24,040 nt of DNA from Candidatus Caldarchaeales archaeon (GTDB taxonomy: Archaea; Thermoproteota; Nitrososphaeria_A; Caldarchaeales; Calditenuaceae): assembly GCA_032249095.1 (NCBI GenBank), contig JAVVGN010000023.1, forward strand, positions 1 to 24,040, in the 5' to 3' direction. A program made the translations under genes and the position numbers. The notes under the pieces were generated by a model that did not search any database, was not told where the DNA came from, and saw only the letters and a list, made by a program, of their open reading frames with translations. Position 1 is the first letter of the stretch. Each line of letters starts with the position of its first letter. Below are positions 1 through 8,151 of the stretch, piece by piece.

Positions 1-1
1 C

Positions 2-220
2 TTGCCGGAGTGGGCTTCGTGGCGTAGAACCAAGAACTATTTCGGAATGTGGAGGGGAGATGAGAAGACACGCTTCCACAGGTCGAAGACTGCTAGACAG
101 GCCCTTGAAAGACTTACGATGAGCATCAAAGGCTATGCAAGAGGAAAAGAACTCAAAGAAGTCCTAAAGACCATCTGGATAACATTGAAGGCCCAGAAGG
201 CCGGGCCGGTTCCAGCCTGA
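2..220 (+). CDS. 3' end (truncated by the window edge) of a mobile-element ORF; the tail resembles the C-terminus of IS110-family transposases
   Basis: The open frame runs to the window edge. The C-terminal '...LKEVLKTIWITLKAQKAG' resembles the ARKLL-x-IIW-x-MLK tail typical of IS110-family proteins. It is followed by a non-coding tail that recurs at 16059-16270. Confidence 0.4.
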   Translation: MPEWASWRRTKNYFGMWRGDEKTRFHRSKTARQALERLTMSIKGYARGKELKEVLKTIWITLKAQKAGPVPA

Positions 221-392
221 CGGAGAAAAGACCCAGGAGGCTGGAGCGGCCGGCTAATATCACCTAACCACCCCCTAGAGAGCGTCTCATAGGGGTGGTA
301 CGGCCTCAAACATACACCTTCCGGTCTTCTGGGTTTCTCTAGTGTCAGGCTGGAGAAAGCTCGACCCCTCCCCCCTCTTTCCTTCCCCTCGT
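163..392 (+). repeat. Type-A non-coding tail of the IS110-like element, copy 1; homologous to 16059-16270
   Basis: Direct sequence match begins at cctaaag..accatctggataacattgaag and runs through ggccgggccggttccagcctgacggagaaaagacccaggaggct. Both copies have a local hairpin (ccaccccct..aggggtgg here, ccaccc..gggtg in copy 2) and end in a C/T tract (365-390). Confidence 0.75.
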
Positions 393-413
393 TACCCTCT
401 TCTGAACTCATCT

Positions 414-869
414 CTAAATTCCGTATCTTAGGTGTATGATTATTGATGGTATTGTTGCTAGGGCTTTGTATGTTTATGCTAGCCTCTCATACCTTATGGT
501 TATTCTTCTGAATGATTTTAGCCATCCGAAGAACCTCTCTACAGCAGACCCCATCCTCCTGTATAGCTCAGTATTGTATGGTCTAGGCTTCCTACCATTC
601 CTGGGATTCACGGGTATGTTAGGCTCTATATCCATGGATTCTAAGCCCCTCCTTATGGATTCAGTGTCGTATGCCGCGTCTGCGTAGAGCTGCCCAGGCT
701 TTCCATCTAATCCCTCCACAAGCTCTAGAAGCTTCTTGGAGTCATGTTCGTTCCCAGGACCTATAGCTATACTTAGAGGCATAGAATCCCTGTCTACGCA
801 TACATGTATCTTAGTCCCCTTCCTATGCTTGAAGCCATCGTATCCTACCAGCTCAGGGTATTTAAAGTC
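414..869 (-). pseudogene. IS5/IS4-superfamily DDE transposase, C-terminal two-thirds only, with an in-frame TAA
   Basis: Translation gives ELVGYDGFKHRKGTKIHVCVDRDSMPLSIAIGPGNEHDSKK...LYADAAYDTESIRRGL...RSAVERFFGWLKSFRRITIRYERLA. After a TAA at 474-476 the same frame continues as TYKALATIPSIIIHLRYGI. The N-terminal about 100 aa are missing; the frame is cut at 870 by an inverted-repeat-bearing insertion. Confidence 0.7.
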
Positions 870-1420
870 TTATCCGGACACTACCTGTTTAGTAGTTGTT
901 GGTGTCCCTTCAATAGGACCTATAGGCCACTATCATCCTCCGCATGACTAGGAAGTCTTCCAGTAACTCTTCTGAACCATCTCTCCTAAATCCTCATTAG
1001 GGCCTTTATGTCGCCCCTCGCGTCGTCTTGGGAGCTTTAGCTCCATGCGCATCTTCTCAATCAACGTAAGCCTCCTAAGATAGTATACCTCTACTCCTCT
1101 CCTCACAAGCTCTAGCGCGCCGTCCATATAATGGACAGGCAATGTATCTACAAATAGCTTGTCTCGGGGCCCGACCGATCTCGCTGAAGCCATCTACGTG
1201 CCTGAAAGAGACTCCATCAGCTGTATACGTTATCTTGAAGCCCCCGCCATTCCTAGACCTCCTTGAACATCGGCGTCGTACCTCACCACTCAGCCCACCC
1301 CCTCATGAGTAACTCTAGCAAACTCGCTAATACCTACTCAAGGCTCCCGCTCAGTGAGATCTAACATATTCTGTGGGGACAAGATAGGCTGATAAGATTT
1401 CAGCTAATAAACCTAGGCCC
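870..1420 (-). mobile_element. Internally deleted, frameshifted fragment of the orfA + IS110-like element
   Basis: The motif ttatccggacactac at 870-884 is preceded by gtatttaaagtc, the same arrangement as at 19525-19551. The region 1300-1400 aligns at nucleotide level with the orfA 3' end and the orfA/tnp junction of 23150-23260 (gagcgggagc..tagcgag..gtgag). Confidence 0.5.
948..1193 (-). pseudogene. IS110-like (DEDD) transposase N-terminal fragment
   Basis: 'KLFVDTLPVHY...VEVYYLRRLTLIEKMRMELKLPRRREGRHKGPNEDLGEMV' parallels 'TIVVSDSYPRKL...FLRLRDLKKLSEERKNNGLRKTDENDVKAL' of the ORF at 23239. The upstream part (to about 1295) is readable only with a frameshift. Confidence 0.5.
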
Positions 1421-1421
1421 A

Positions 1422-1886
1422 TTACCTCGTGGGTGTTTGCAACCTATATCTAAAGGACGCGTCTCCTGTGCTTACTGTGATTTCGTAGGTCGCGCCCTTC
1501 TCCCACGCCAAGCCAACGTATATCGCTCCGACAGAATTTCCCTCTATCCTACATGGATCCGATGTGCAATAGTACGTGCCGGCTGGTGGAAATAAGGCGT
1601 TAACTGAGCTGTTACCCGCGAGGCCTGTGCCGTAAGATGACATCTTAAGAGGTATTCCCTTATAATGTGACCCGTTGATGATGACGGCCTTCACCTCGAT
1701 GCTTTTTGTACTGGGGTTATAGAGGCTGAGGGTGAGGGTTGATTTATCGTTGCTGAAGTTGTATCCCACGAGATGTAACTCATCTGGCTCGGTGTGAGGA
1801 TATATGAGCGAGATTGTTATTGCAGATATAACTGCGATTATCGGTATTATGACCAGCAGCCTAGGTAGCTCTCTCACGGTCTTCAC
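1422..1886 (-). CDS. Hypothetical membrane-anchored (N-terminal TM) extracytoplasmic protein; last gene of the NrfCD/cupredoxin operon
   Basis: 154-aa ORF with an N-terminal hydrophobic anchor (LLVIIPIIAVISAITISLIY). It overlaps the upstream gene by 26 nt, which suggests translational coupling. Confidence 0.7.
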   Translation of the reverse strand: MKTVRELPRLLVIIPIIAVISAITISLIYPHTEPDELHLVGYNFSNDKSTLTLSLYNPSTKSIEVKAVIINGSHYKGIPLKMSSYGTGLAGNSSVNALFPPAGTYYCTSDPCRIEGNSVGAIYVGLAWEKGATYEITVSTGDASFRYRLQTPTR

Positions 1887-2796
1887 CCATCCTCCTAATC
1901 TGGAGAAGAGATCTTACGGTAAATAGAATAACACCCCAAGCAGTCATCACAACCGATGAAACCAACACTATTAGAACGGTGTTGGCCTCGATAGGGACGC
2001 CCACAAGCCTTGGGTCGGGCCAGTAGTTCTGGGAGACAATGTTTGTATGTGGAAGCTCGAGCGGTGGGAAAGCCATGGTACTCGTCAACACCGTCGTCGC
2101 GTTAGCCGCGGACAGTCCTCCGCCGCCGTCAAACACCGTGTGAACGACATATTTCCCAGCGCTTGGCGGCTTATAGAGAAGGGATGCATTTCCAGCATGG
2201 TCTGTTACGGCGGAGCCTATAACTAGGGGGGCGAAGGATGTTTCCACAAGGAATCGTATTATTATTCCTTCAACGGGTTCGTCGTTCTCGGTTAAAACCA
2301 CGGCTCCGACCAGATAGCCCGACGGGGTAGAGCTTATCCATGGACTTATCTTTACATTCGTAAGCTTCTTGGATGTGGGACGCACATCAAGCACCCCGTC
2401 CTGAAGGTTCTCATGCCCCCTGCATCTTAGGGTGCATCTTATCTTGAAGGATCCAGGCTGGTTGACCACCAGCGTGGCGTCTTGGCTCGGCTCTTCACGG
2501 CTCAGCCTCACTGAAATTCCGTATTCAGGTATCTCGATCCTATGGGGATTGTCTGTCTGTAAATCAGTGTCGCCGTAAACGAATCTTAGCTTCACTGTAT
2601 CTCCCTGCTCAACAGTGAGTCGGAGGTCTCTAGAACCATTAAATCCGTCTCTTGACACAATTATGAGAAATTCCTTCATGGATGGCCTGTCATCATTTTG
2701 CCCGACCCTTATTTCAGCAGCGGCCACGTCCCCAAAGACTAGCGGTAAGTTTAGGGACATCAGCCCTATGATGAGCAGGATTGGTATAATCCTCAC
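1861..2796 (-). CDS. Secreted, C-terminally anchored protein with a cupredoxin-like domain and an Ig-like beta-sandwich domain
   Basis: It has a signal peptide (MRIIPILLIIGLMSLNLPLVFG) and cupredoxin-like motifs: 'LTVEQGDTVKLRF', 'NPHRIEIPEYGI' and 'GSFKIRCTLRCRGHENLQDGVLDV'. A C-terminal TM helix is present. The gene overlaps its neighbours by 4 nt upstream and 26 nt downstream. Confidence 0.75.
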   Translation of the reverse strand: MRIIPILLIIGLMSLNLPLVFGDVAAAEIRVGQNDDRPSMKEFLIIVSRDGFNGSRDLRLTVEQGDTVKLRFVYGDTDLQTDNPHRIEIPEYGISVRLSREEPSQDATLVVNQPGSFKIRCTLRCRGHENLQDGVLDVRPTSKKLTNVKISPWISSTPSGYLVGAVVLTENDEPVEGIIIRFLVETSFAPLVIGSAVTDHAGNASLLYKPPSAGKYVVHTVFDGGGGLSAANATTVLTSTMAFPPLELPHTNIVSQNYWPDPRLVGVPIEANTVLIVLVSSVVMTAWGVILFTVRSLLQIRRMGEDRERAT

Positions 2797-3437
2797 GGTA
2801 CCATCAACCTCGCCCTCTCTAGAACTCTCCTGAGATACTCAATTCCAGCATTAGCGAAAACTGTAATTTTATAGCTGTTGTACCAGAGCTCCATCTTTGA
2901 CTGTCGCGGGACGTGGATCAATAATCCCCCATCCCCTACATGTATCGCCTCCGAGCCTGGCGGGGGATTCCCTGGCGGACCTAGAGGATACTCTAGCTTC
3001 TGAAAAATTACCATAACCTTGACAGTCTCCGTATACAGTCCTAGGTCCTCTAGACTTGCGTCGTCTATGAGGATCGTTAACATCCTTGCTTGAGGGTTGT
3101 AGAACAGCCCTACCACATCCAGTCCAAAACCTTTTAACCCATCAGGTTTCAGCCCCAGACCCCTCACATCTCTTAAGCTCGCGGGCGCCCCGAGTACTGC
3201 TAGGCTCCGGCGATAACCTCTTGAGTTTTCATAGATGAGCTGGCTGAGGTACCTGCCTCCAAGCCATCCTATGGTTAAGCCGGCGAGGGAGCTGGCGATT
3301 ACACGTAGGTAGGCTCTCCTCTCCGTCGGCCGCTCCTCCCCCAGCGGTTGCTTTGGAACTATAAGCCTCAGTATTTTAGGGGCAGTTTCAAGCTCCTCAG
3401 CCCTCAACTCATGCCCTACCGTCTCCCAGATTGACAC
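2793..3437 (-). CDS. Hypothetical protein with one TM segment (operon member)
   Basis: The ORF is open to 3509, but that stretch overlaps nrfD. A GTG at 3435-3437 overlaps the nrfD stop by 1 nt (TAGTG), which is typical coupling. The TM segment is 'AYLRVIASSLAGLTIGWLGG'. Confidence 0.6.
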   Translation of the reverse strand: MSIWETVGHELRAEELETAPKILRLIVPKQPLGEERPTERRAYLRVIASSLAGLTIGWLGGRYLSQLIYENSRGYRRSLAVLGAPASLRDVRGLGLKPDGLKGFGLDVVGLFYNPQARMLTILIDDASLEDLGLYTETVKVMVIFQKLEYPLGPPGNPPPGSEAIHVGDGGLLIHVPRQSKMELWYNSYKITVFANAGIEYLRRVLERARLMVP

Positions 3438-4687
3438 TATTGGGAAAATTTTGCAAACACCACGTATATGAGCATGAACAGGGCGAAGGCACCTGACATG
3501 ATGGACCACTCGACCCAGGTCGGCCTATATAACCCCCATGGATAAGGTAACTGTGGGACAGCAAGGCTTGGGACGACTATATTCCATCTCTCAAGCCACA
3601 TCCCAATGTTTACCAGAGCCGCCGCCGCGACATATCCACGTGTGTTACGCGTTGCTGGGATGGCTAAGATGAGGGCCGGTATTATAAGACCGCCCAAGAT
3701 CTGGGTCCAGAACGTTGATGAGTAGGGCCCCCAGAAGAGAGCGGTTAACCACCTACCCTCCATCTCCGTCGTCCCTAAGTATTTATAGCCTGTAACGAGG
3801 AACTCGTTTATCGTAAAGTATATGACCACTAGATCAAGTGCGAGAAGTAGTTTAGCCATAGCGTTGATGTGTTTGTCAGTGGTAGCCCAGCCGATCCCTA
3901 GAATATGTTTTGCCAAAACCATTATCAACAAGACCGTCGCCACCCCTGATAGTACTGCCCCAGCTACGAAATAGGGGCCGAAGATCGTGCTGTTCCAGCC
4001 CACCCTTAACGTCATCGCAAAATCCCATGAAACCACCGTATGCACAGTTATTACCATGAAGACTATGAGGTAGGTAAGAAGACGTATCAATCTTTCGAGC
4101 ATTTCCCACTGTTTGGGTGTGCCTGACCATCCTAGCGACAGAGCATTGTACAGCCGATACTGTATGGATCCTTTGTTCTGCATCGAGTCTCGGAGCAATG
4201 CTATATCGGGTATCATGGGGATGTAGAGGTAGAGGGTTGAGGTTACGAAGTATGTGCCTATGCATATCAGGTCCCATAGGAGTGGTGACTGGATGCGGCC
4301 GAACAAGAATAGGTTAAGAACCCTCTCAGGCCTACCTAAGTCTATCAACGGCATCATCATGGCTACAAGCAGGCTTGCGAATGTCACGGCCTCGGCCATC
4401 CTAGTAACGGGTCGCCGCCACTCGTTTCCGGTCAATCTTAGTATGGCCGTGATCAGCGCTCCGATATGGCTTATCCCTATGAAGAATACGAAGTTTATGA
4501 TATATATGCCCCATATGACGGCCCTCATACCGGTGACCCCTAAACCTGTGTTAAGCTGGTGGAGCCATGCATACGCGCCCCATATCACTATGGAGGCGAG
4601 CGAGGTCACCGTTAGGTAGAACCAGAACCCGCGTCTCCTAATGGGTGCGACTAACGTCTCGGCTTTTACGTACGGCTCCACACTCAC
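3437..4687 (-). CDS. nrfD: NrfD/PsrC-family polytopic membrane quinone-interacting subunit
   Basis: 416 aa with about 10 predicted TM helices. The N-terminal region 'GMRAVIWGIYIINFVFFIGISHIGALITAILRL..W' matches the NrfD/PsrC/ActC family pattern. It overlaps the FeS-subunit gene by 4 nt. Confidence 0.9.
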   Translation of the reverse strand: MSVEPYVKAETLVAPIRRRGFWFYLTVTSLASIVIWGAYAWLHQLNTGLGVTGMRAVIWGIYIINFVFFIGISHIGALITAILRLTGNEWRRPVTRMAEAVTFASLLVAMMMPLIDLGRPERVLNLFLFGRIQSPLLWDLICIGTYFVTSTLYLYIPMIPDIALLRDSMQNKGSIQYRLYNALSLGWSGTPKQWEMLERLIRLLTYLIVFMVITVHTVVSWDFAMTLRVGWNSTIFGPYFVAGAVLSGVATVLLIMVLAKHILGIGWATTDKHINAMAKLLLALDLVVIYFTINEFLVTGYKYLGTTEMEGRWLTALFWGPYSSTFWTQILGGLIIPALILAIPATRNTRGYVAAAALVNIGMWLERWNIVVPSLAVPQLPYPWGLYRPTWVEWSIMSGAFALFMLIYVVFAKFSQ

Positions 4688-5490
4688 ACTGACCCCCCTC
4701 TTGGTGGGAGATAGTATACACGTGGCTCTGTCCCAAGCTCCTCTTTCAGCCTATATACACCTCTACCTCTTAGAAGCTCAGAAAGCTTCACCGTCTCATC
4801 ACCGTTTGAGACCACATCCTCAGCCGCATCACCAAAGAAAAGCGCCCTATGTCCGGCGGCTGTGCATGCCTCAACGCATGCAGGAAGCCTGCCTTCCTTA
4901 ATCCTGTGCCTACACCATATGCATTTTTCAACAACTCCCCGTCTCTTCGGAATATTGTGGTCTGGGGAGTATGGTATATTCCTCTCCTCTTCTAATACGG
5001 GCGGATCAAACCAGTTGAAGAACCTCCTCTCATATGGGCATGCTGTAATGCATATCCTGCAGCCTATGCATCTCTCCTGGTCTACAAGGACGATCTCGTC
5101 CTCGGAATAGAAAGTAGCACCAACAGGACATACCTTCGCACATGGGGCGTTCTGGCAGTTCTGACAAAGAACTGGGAGGAAGTGATCACCTATCTTGAAG
5201 ACCTCTATCCATGGCTGCCTACCTCCATATCCATGCTCACCCCATGAGGGAGGGACCCTCATCTCCTCCTGACATGCCTCAACGCATTTCATACAGCCGT
5301 TGCATCTATCGGTATCTATAACGAAGACCCAATGCCTCTGCCTTCCACTCAGCGACCACTCGGTTTGGAGGGCTGTCTTAGCGGGAGGCTGGGGGCCTTC
5401 TATTGAGGCTGAGGCAACCGCCCCTACTACTGCCGATAGACCTAGAGTTAGGGCGTCACGTCTTGTGAGACGCCGCCTGTCCTGACTCGT
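4684..5490 (-). CDS. nrfC: Tat-exported 4Fe-4S cluster subunit (NrfC/PsrB/DmsB-like); probable non-canonical ACG start
   Basis: Cys clusters are CNGCMKCVEAC, CQNCQNAPCAKVCP, CIGCRICITACP and CIWCRHRI..CVEAC. The frame is open to 5502 and encodes (T)SQDRRRLTRRDALTLGLSAVVGAVA, a twin-arginine signal. There is no in-frame ATG/GTG/TTG upstream of the first Cys cluster. An ACG at 5488-5490 lies 8 nt after a GAGGTG motif. Confidence 0.85.
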   Translation of the reverse strand, partial: TSQDRRRLTRRDALTLGLSAVVGAVASASIEGPQPPAKTALQTEWSLSGRQRHWVFVIDTDRCNGCMKCVEACQEEMRVPPSWGEHGYGGRQPWIEVFKIGDHFLPVLCQNCQNAPCAKVCPVGATFYSEDEIVLVDQERCIGCRICITACPYERRFFNWFDPPVLEEERNIPYSPDHNIPKRRGVVEKCIWCRHRIKEGRLPACVEACTAAGHRALFFGDAAEDVVSNGDETVKLSELLRGRGVYRLKEELGTEPRVYYLPPRGGSV

Positions 5491-5551
5491 TGTATAAGCA
5501 CCTCAGTTATTAAAAAGAAAAAGAGGATGTTGTCCTCAAGGCCCCTCAATT

Positions 5552-6091
5552 TTACTCGATGACGATGAGATACCCCACCATGTACTCATGGTCTGGATCG
5601 CAATCACCCTTCTCGTGATCGTGGGGAGTACCGCACTCAAACTTGAAGACACCGGCCTTGTCAGCTACGAAGGTTACTGTTCTTGTCCTCGCAGCTGGGT
5701 CGGGGGCCTCATCCCTACCGGGAATCCTGCCCGTATCAATGTTATAACCTTCGATTACTAAAGAGTGGGCGTGGCGTCGGGGATTCTGAACAGTTAGCTC
5801 CACAGTATCTCCCTTCTTTACAATGATTACCGGTGGCTCCCATCTATGCATTTCAGGCCCAAGTTTTTCCTCTTCATCAACCTCTACAATGGCTTTAGCC
5901 TCACCCATCTGTAGTACTATCTTCACCGTAGCAGGTTCCAGCCCCTTACCAGGAGGACCAGGGGGACCTTGAGGACCAGCTGGACCGGGAGGACCCTGTG
6001 GGCCTGGGATGACAAAGTTGACAGCAACGGCTATTACGGCCAGTACTATGGCGGCGACAGCTAACGTCAACATAGTTCTACTATTCACCAC
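5552..6091 (-). CDS. Membrane-anchored cupredoxin-like protein with a collagen-like Gly-X-Y linker
   Basis: An N-terminal TM segment is followed by seven GXY triplets (GPQGPPGPAGPQGPPGPPGKG). Cupredoxin-like motifs follow: 'KKGDTVELTVQN', 'HAHSLVIEGYNI' and 'GVFKFECGTPHDH...HEYMVGYLIV'. The start is GTG, with GAGGTGA upstream. Confidence 0.8.
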   Translation of the reverse strand: MVNSRTMLTLAVAAIVLAVIAVAVNFVIPGPQGPPGPAGPQGPPGPPGKGLEPATVKIVLQMGEAKAIVEVDEEEKLGPEMHRWEPPVIIVKKGDTVELTVQNPRRHAHSLVIEGYNIDTGRIPGRDEAPDPAARTRTVTFVADKAGVFKFECGTPHDHEKGDCDPDHEYMVGYLIVIE

Positions 6092-6250
6092 ATTTCATCA
6101 CCTCATACCTCACGCATAAAATGAGTTTAGCCCTCAACATAGCTGTTCTAGGGGAAGTGGATTTAGAGTTGAAAGCAGAACAGTATTTCCTGAGCAAAGG
6201 AATATTTCTGACTAAACCCTAATAAGTCTAGGGGGTTTAGCTTAATTAGG
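6092..6250. promoter_or_regulatory. Divergent intergenic control region between the cupredoxin/NrfCD operon and the ArsR-RDD gene
   Basis: A TATA-like cataaaatg (6115-6123, read on the minus strand) lies about 28 nt from the GTG at 6091. A near-palindrome aaaccct-N8-tagggggttt (6214-6238) sits just upstream of the TTG at 6251. Confidence 0.35.
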
Positions 6251-6991
6251 TTGCAGTCCGAGAGAGACGCGGTTGGAGATTTCTTCAAAACATTGAGCCA
6301 TCCTGTTAGGAGGGATATGATAAGGCTCCTCTATGAGCGGATTGACCTCTCCTACACAGAGCTTCTAAACGAGCTGAAGATAGATGAGGGGCAACTTAAC
6401 TTCCACCTCAGAGCCATGAAAGTCCTGCTCGACCACAGCGGTGATGGCAGATATAAGCTAAACAACATTGGCAAGGCAGCCCACCACATGATAAAAGACA
6501 TCACTAGGATCCTTGGCGCTGCAGATTATCTTGTAAAGCCAAAGATAAGTGGGGGATTGTTCCTAAGACTTGTTGTAGCCTTTCTACTGGATGTTGCTGT
6601 CTTCTTCGTGGCCACAGGCGCCTTCTTAGACGAGAATGTTTGGCATCTAGCTATGCTCCACTGGGCTGACGTGAGCAAGCATATGACCGGGATAATTGAG
6701 GCCTATGCACACATCTTTTTCGCTACCTTCATCGTCTTCACCCTTCTGGAGGCGTACAAGGGCCAGACACTCGGCAAATACCTGATGGGCATAAGGGTGG
6801 TGGCTGTTACGGGGCGTAGGCTTACCATCGTGGAGTCAGGGATAAGGAATGCTGGAAAGGTCTTCCTACTGCCGATAGACCTGATCGTCGGCATAATCTT
6901 CCTACGCAGTCAGGGATATGTTAGATTTTTCGACTACTACACTAGATGTATGGTGGAATCGATAAAAAATAGTGTTCCAAGCCAAATATAG
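6251..6991 (+). CDS. ArsR-family winged-helix regulator fused to a C-terminal RDD-family membrane domain
   Basis: The N-terminus 'FFKTLSHPVRRDMIRLLYE..LSYTELLNELKIDEGQLNFHLRAM' is an ArsR/SmtB-type wHTH. The C-terminus has TM helices and 'GQTLGKYLMGIRVV', the RDD-domain hallmark. Confidence 0.85.
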   Translation: MQSERDAVGDFFKTLSHPVRRDMIRLLYERIDLSYTELLNELKIDEGQLNFHLRAMKVLLDHSGDGRYKLNNIGKAAHHMIKDITRILGAADYLVKPKISGGLFLRLVVAFLLDVAVFFVATGAFLDENVWHLAMLHWADVSKHMTGIIEAYAHIFFATFIVFTLLEAYKGQTLGKYLMGIRVVAVTGRRLTIVESGIRNAGKVFLLPIDLIVGIIFLRSQGYVRFFDYYTRCMVESIKNSVPSQI

Positions 6992-7728
6992 TAGCAGACA
7001 AACATGCGCAACGCATAAAGCTCTTAATAACTCATCAAGCCCCCCATAACTACAACCTGTTAAGGATGTAGTCTAACATACGCATAAGGCATCAAAACAG
7101 AAACTAGGCCATAGACATAAAAAGAAGATAGGCGGTCTAAATTGTTAGAATCGGTTGAATTTGGAAGGTTTCATTTCCCAATTATTGGATTGAGGAGAAT
7201 TAGGAATATATACGGCGACTTTAGGCGGACGCACGTTGAGCTGAAGGGTAAGCGTTACTTGCACATTGTGCCATACAAGGGAGACTATGCCACCCTGATC
7301 ACGAAGCCATATGGATCATATCTACGAGCTGCTGGAGCTAGGTGGAGAAGTTTGATCATGTTGAATTTTCCCGCAGAAGCTCCCCTAACATCAGGGAGGA
7401 CTTAGGCTATATAGAATCACTCTCCAGGCTGCAGTCTTGTCAAACGTGCCCCGGACGAGCTAGTTTTCAACTTGGGTGTTTAATACAATTGTCCCAGCTC
7501 ATATTTTTCGGGTCTCTAATTAGTAGCAGGTTTATTCCTTGGATTTCTATGCGGTTTTCTCCGCTTGCCTTTTGGAGTTGACTGCGTTTTGCGGTGGGTT
7601 AAAAGATTCCGATGCTCAACAAGCGACCCAGAGGGCTCAAACGTGGTATTCATTCATCCTTCCAGCAAAACGTTTTACTAAGGATGGGTCGAGGTTTAAA
7701 GGCTTAAATAAATTCTATAGGTATGTGA

Positions 7729-8151
7729 GTGTGGGATTTGGATCGTTTCGAAGAGGCGAGGAGGTGGGCGGCTCAGTCTCGGAGAGATTTAAAAGCGGCC
7801 GAAGACAGCTTCATGTCTAAAAATTATGAATGGAGTTGCTTTCAGGCACAGCAAGCTGCTGAGAAAGCTGTTAAAGCCCTACTATATCTTCATGGTATGA
7901 GCAGCTGGGGTCACAGCGTAACTGAATTACTTGGCTATGTGAGGGATGTCGAGAGAGTGGGTGAGGATCTATACGTTGCGGGACGTGAGTTAGATAGACA
8001 CTACATCCCATCCAGATATCCCAATGCCTTTGAGTCGGGGTATCCTGGCATGTATTACGATGAGTCAACAGCGATGCGAGCGTTAGAGTCAGGTAAAAAA
8101 ATAATCGACTGGGTGAGAGAATGCTTGAAGAAAGCAGGACTAGAATTATAG
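7729..8151 (+). CDS. HEPN-domain protein (toxin component of a HEPN/MNT pair)
   Basis: The helical 'AEDSFMSKNYEWSCFQAQQAAEKAVKALLYLHG' and the Rx4H motif 'RELDRHY' are present. It overlaps the nucleotidyltransferase gene by 31 nt. Confidence 0.85.
   Translation: MWDLDRFEEARRWAAQSRRDLKAAEDSFMSKNYEWSCFQAQQAAEKAVKALLYLHGMSSWGHSVTELLGYVRDVERVGEDLYVAGRELDRHYIPSRYPNAFESGYPGMYYDESTAMRALESGKKIIDWVRECLKKAGLEL

Noticed and set aside
3876-4619. ORFs 3876-4277(-), 4117-4317(+) and 4254-4619(+) lie inside the nrfD gene
   Set aside because: They are alternative-frame or antisense shadow ORFs of a well-supported membrane-protein gene. They have no motifs and an atypical composition.
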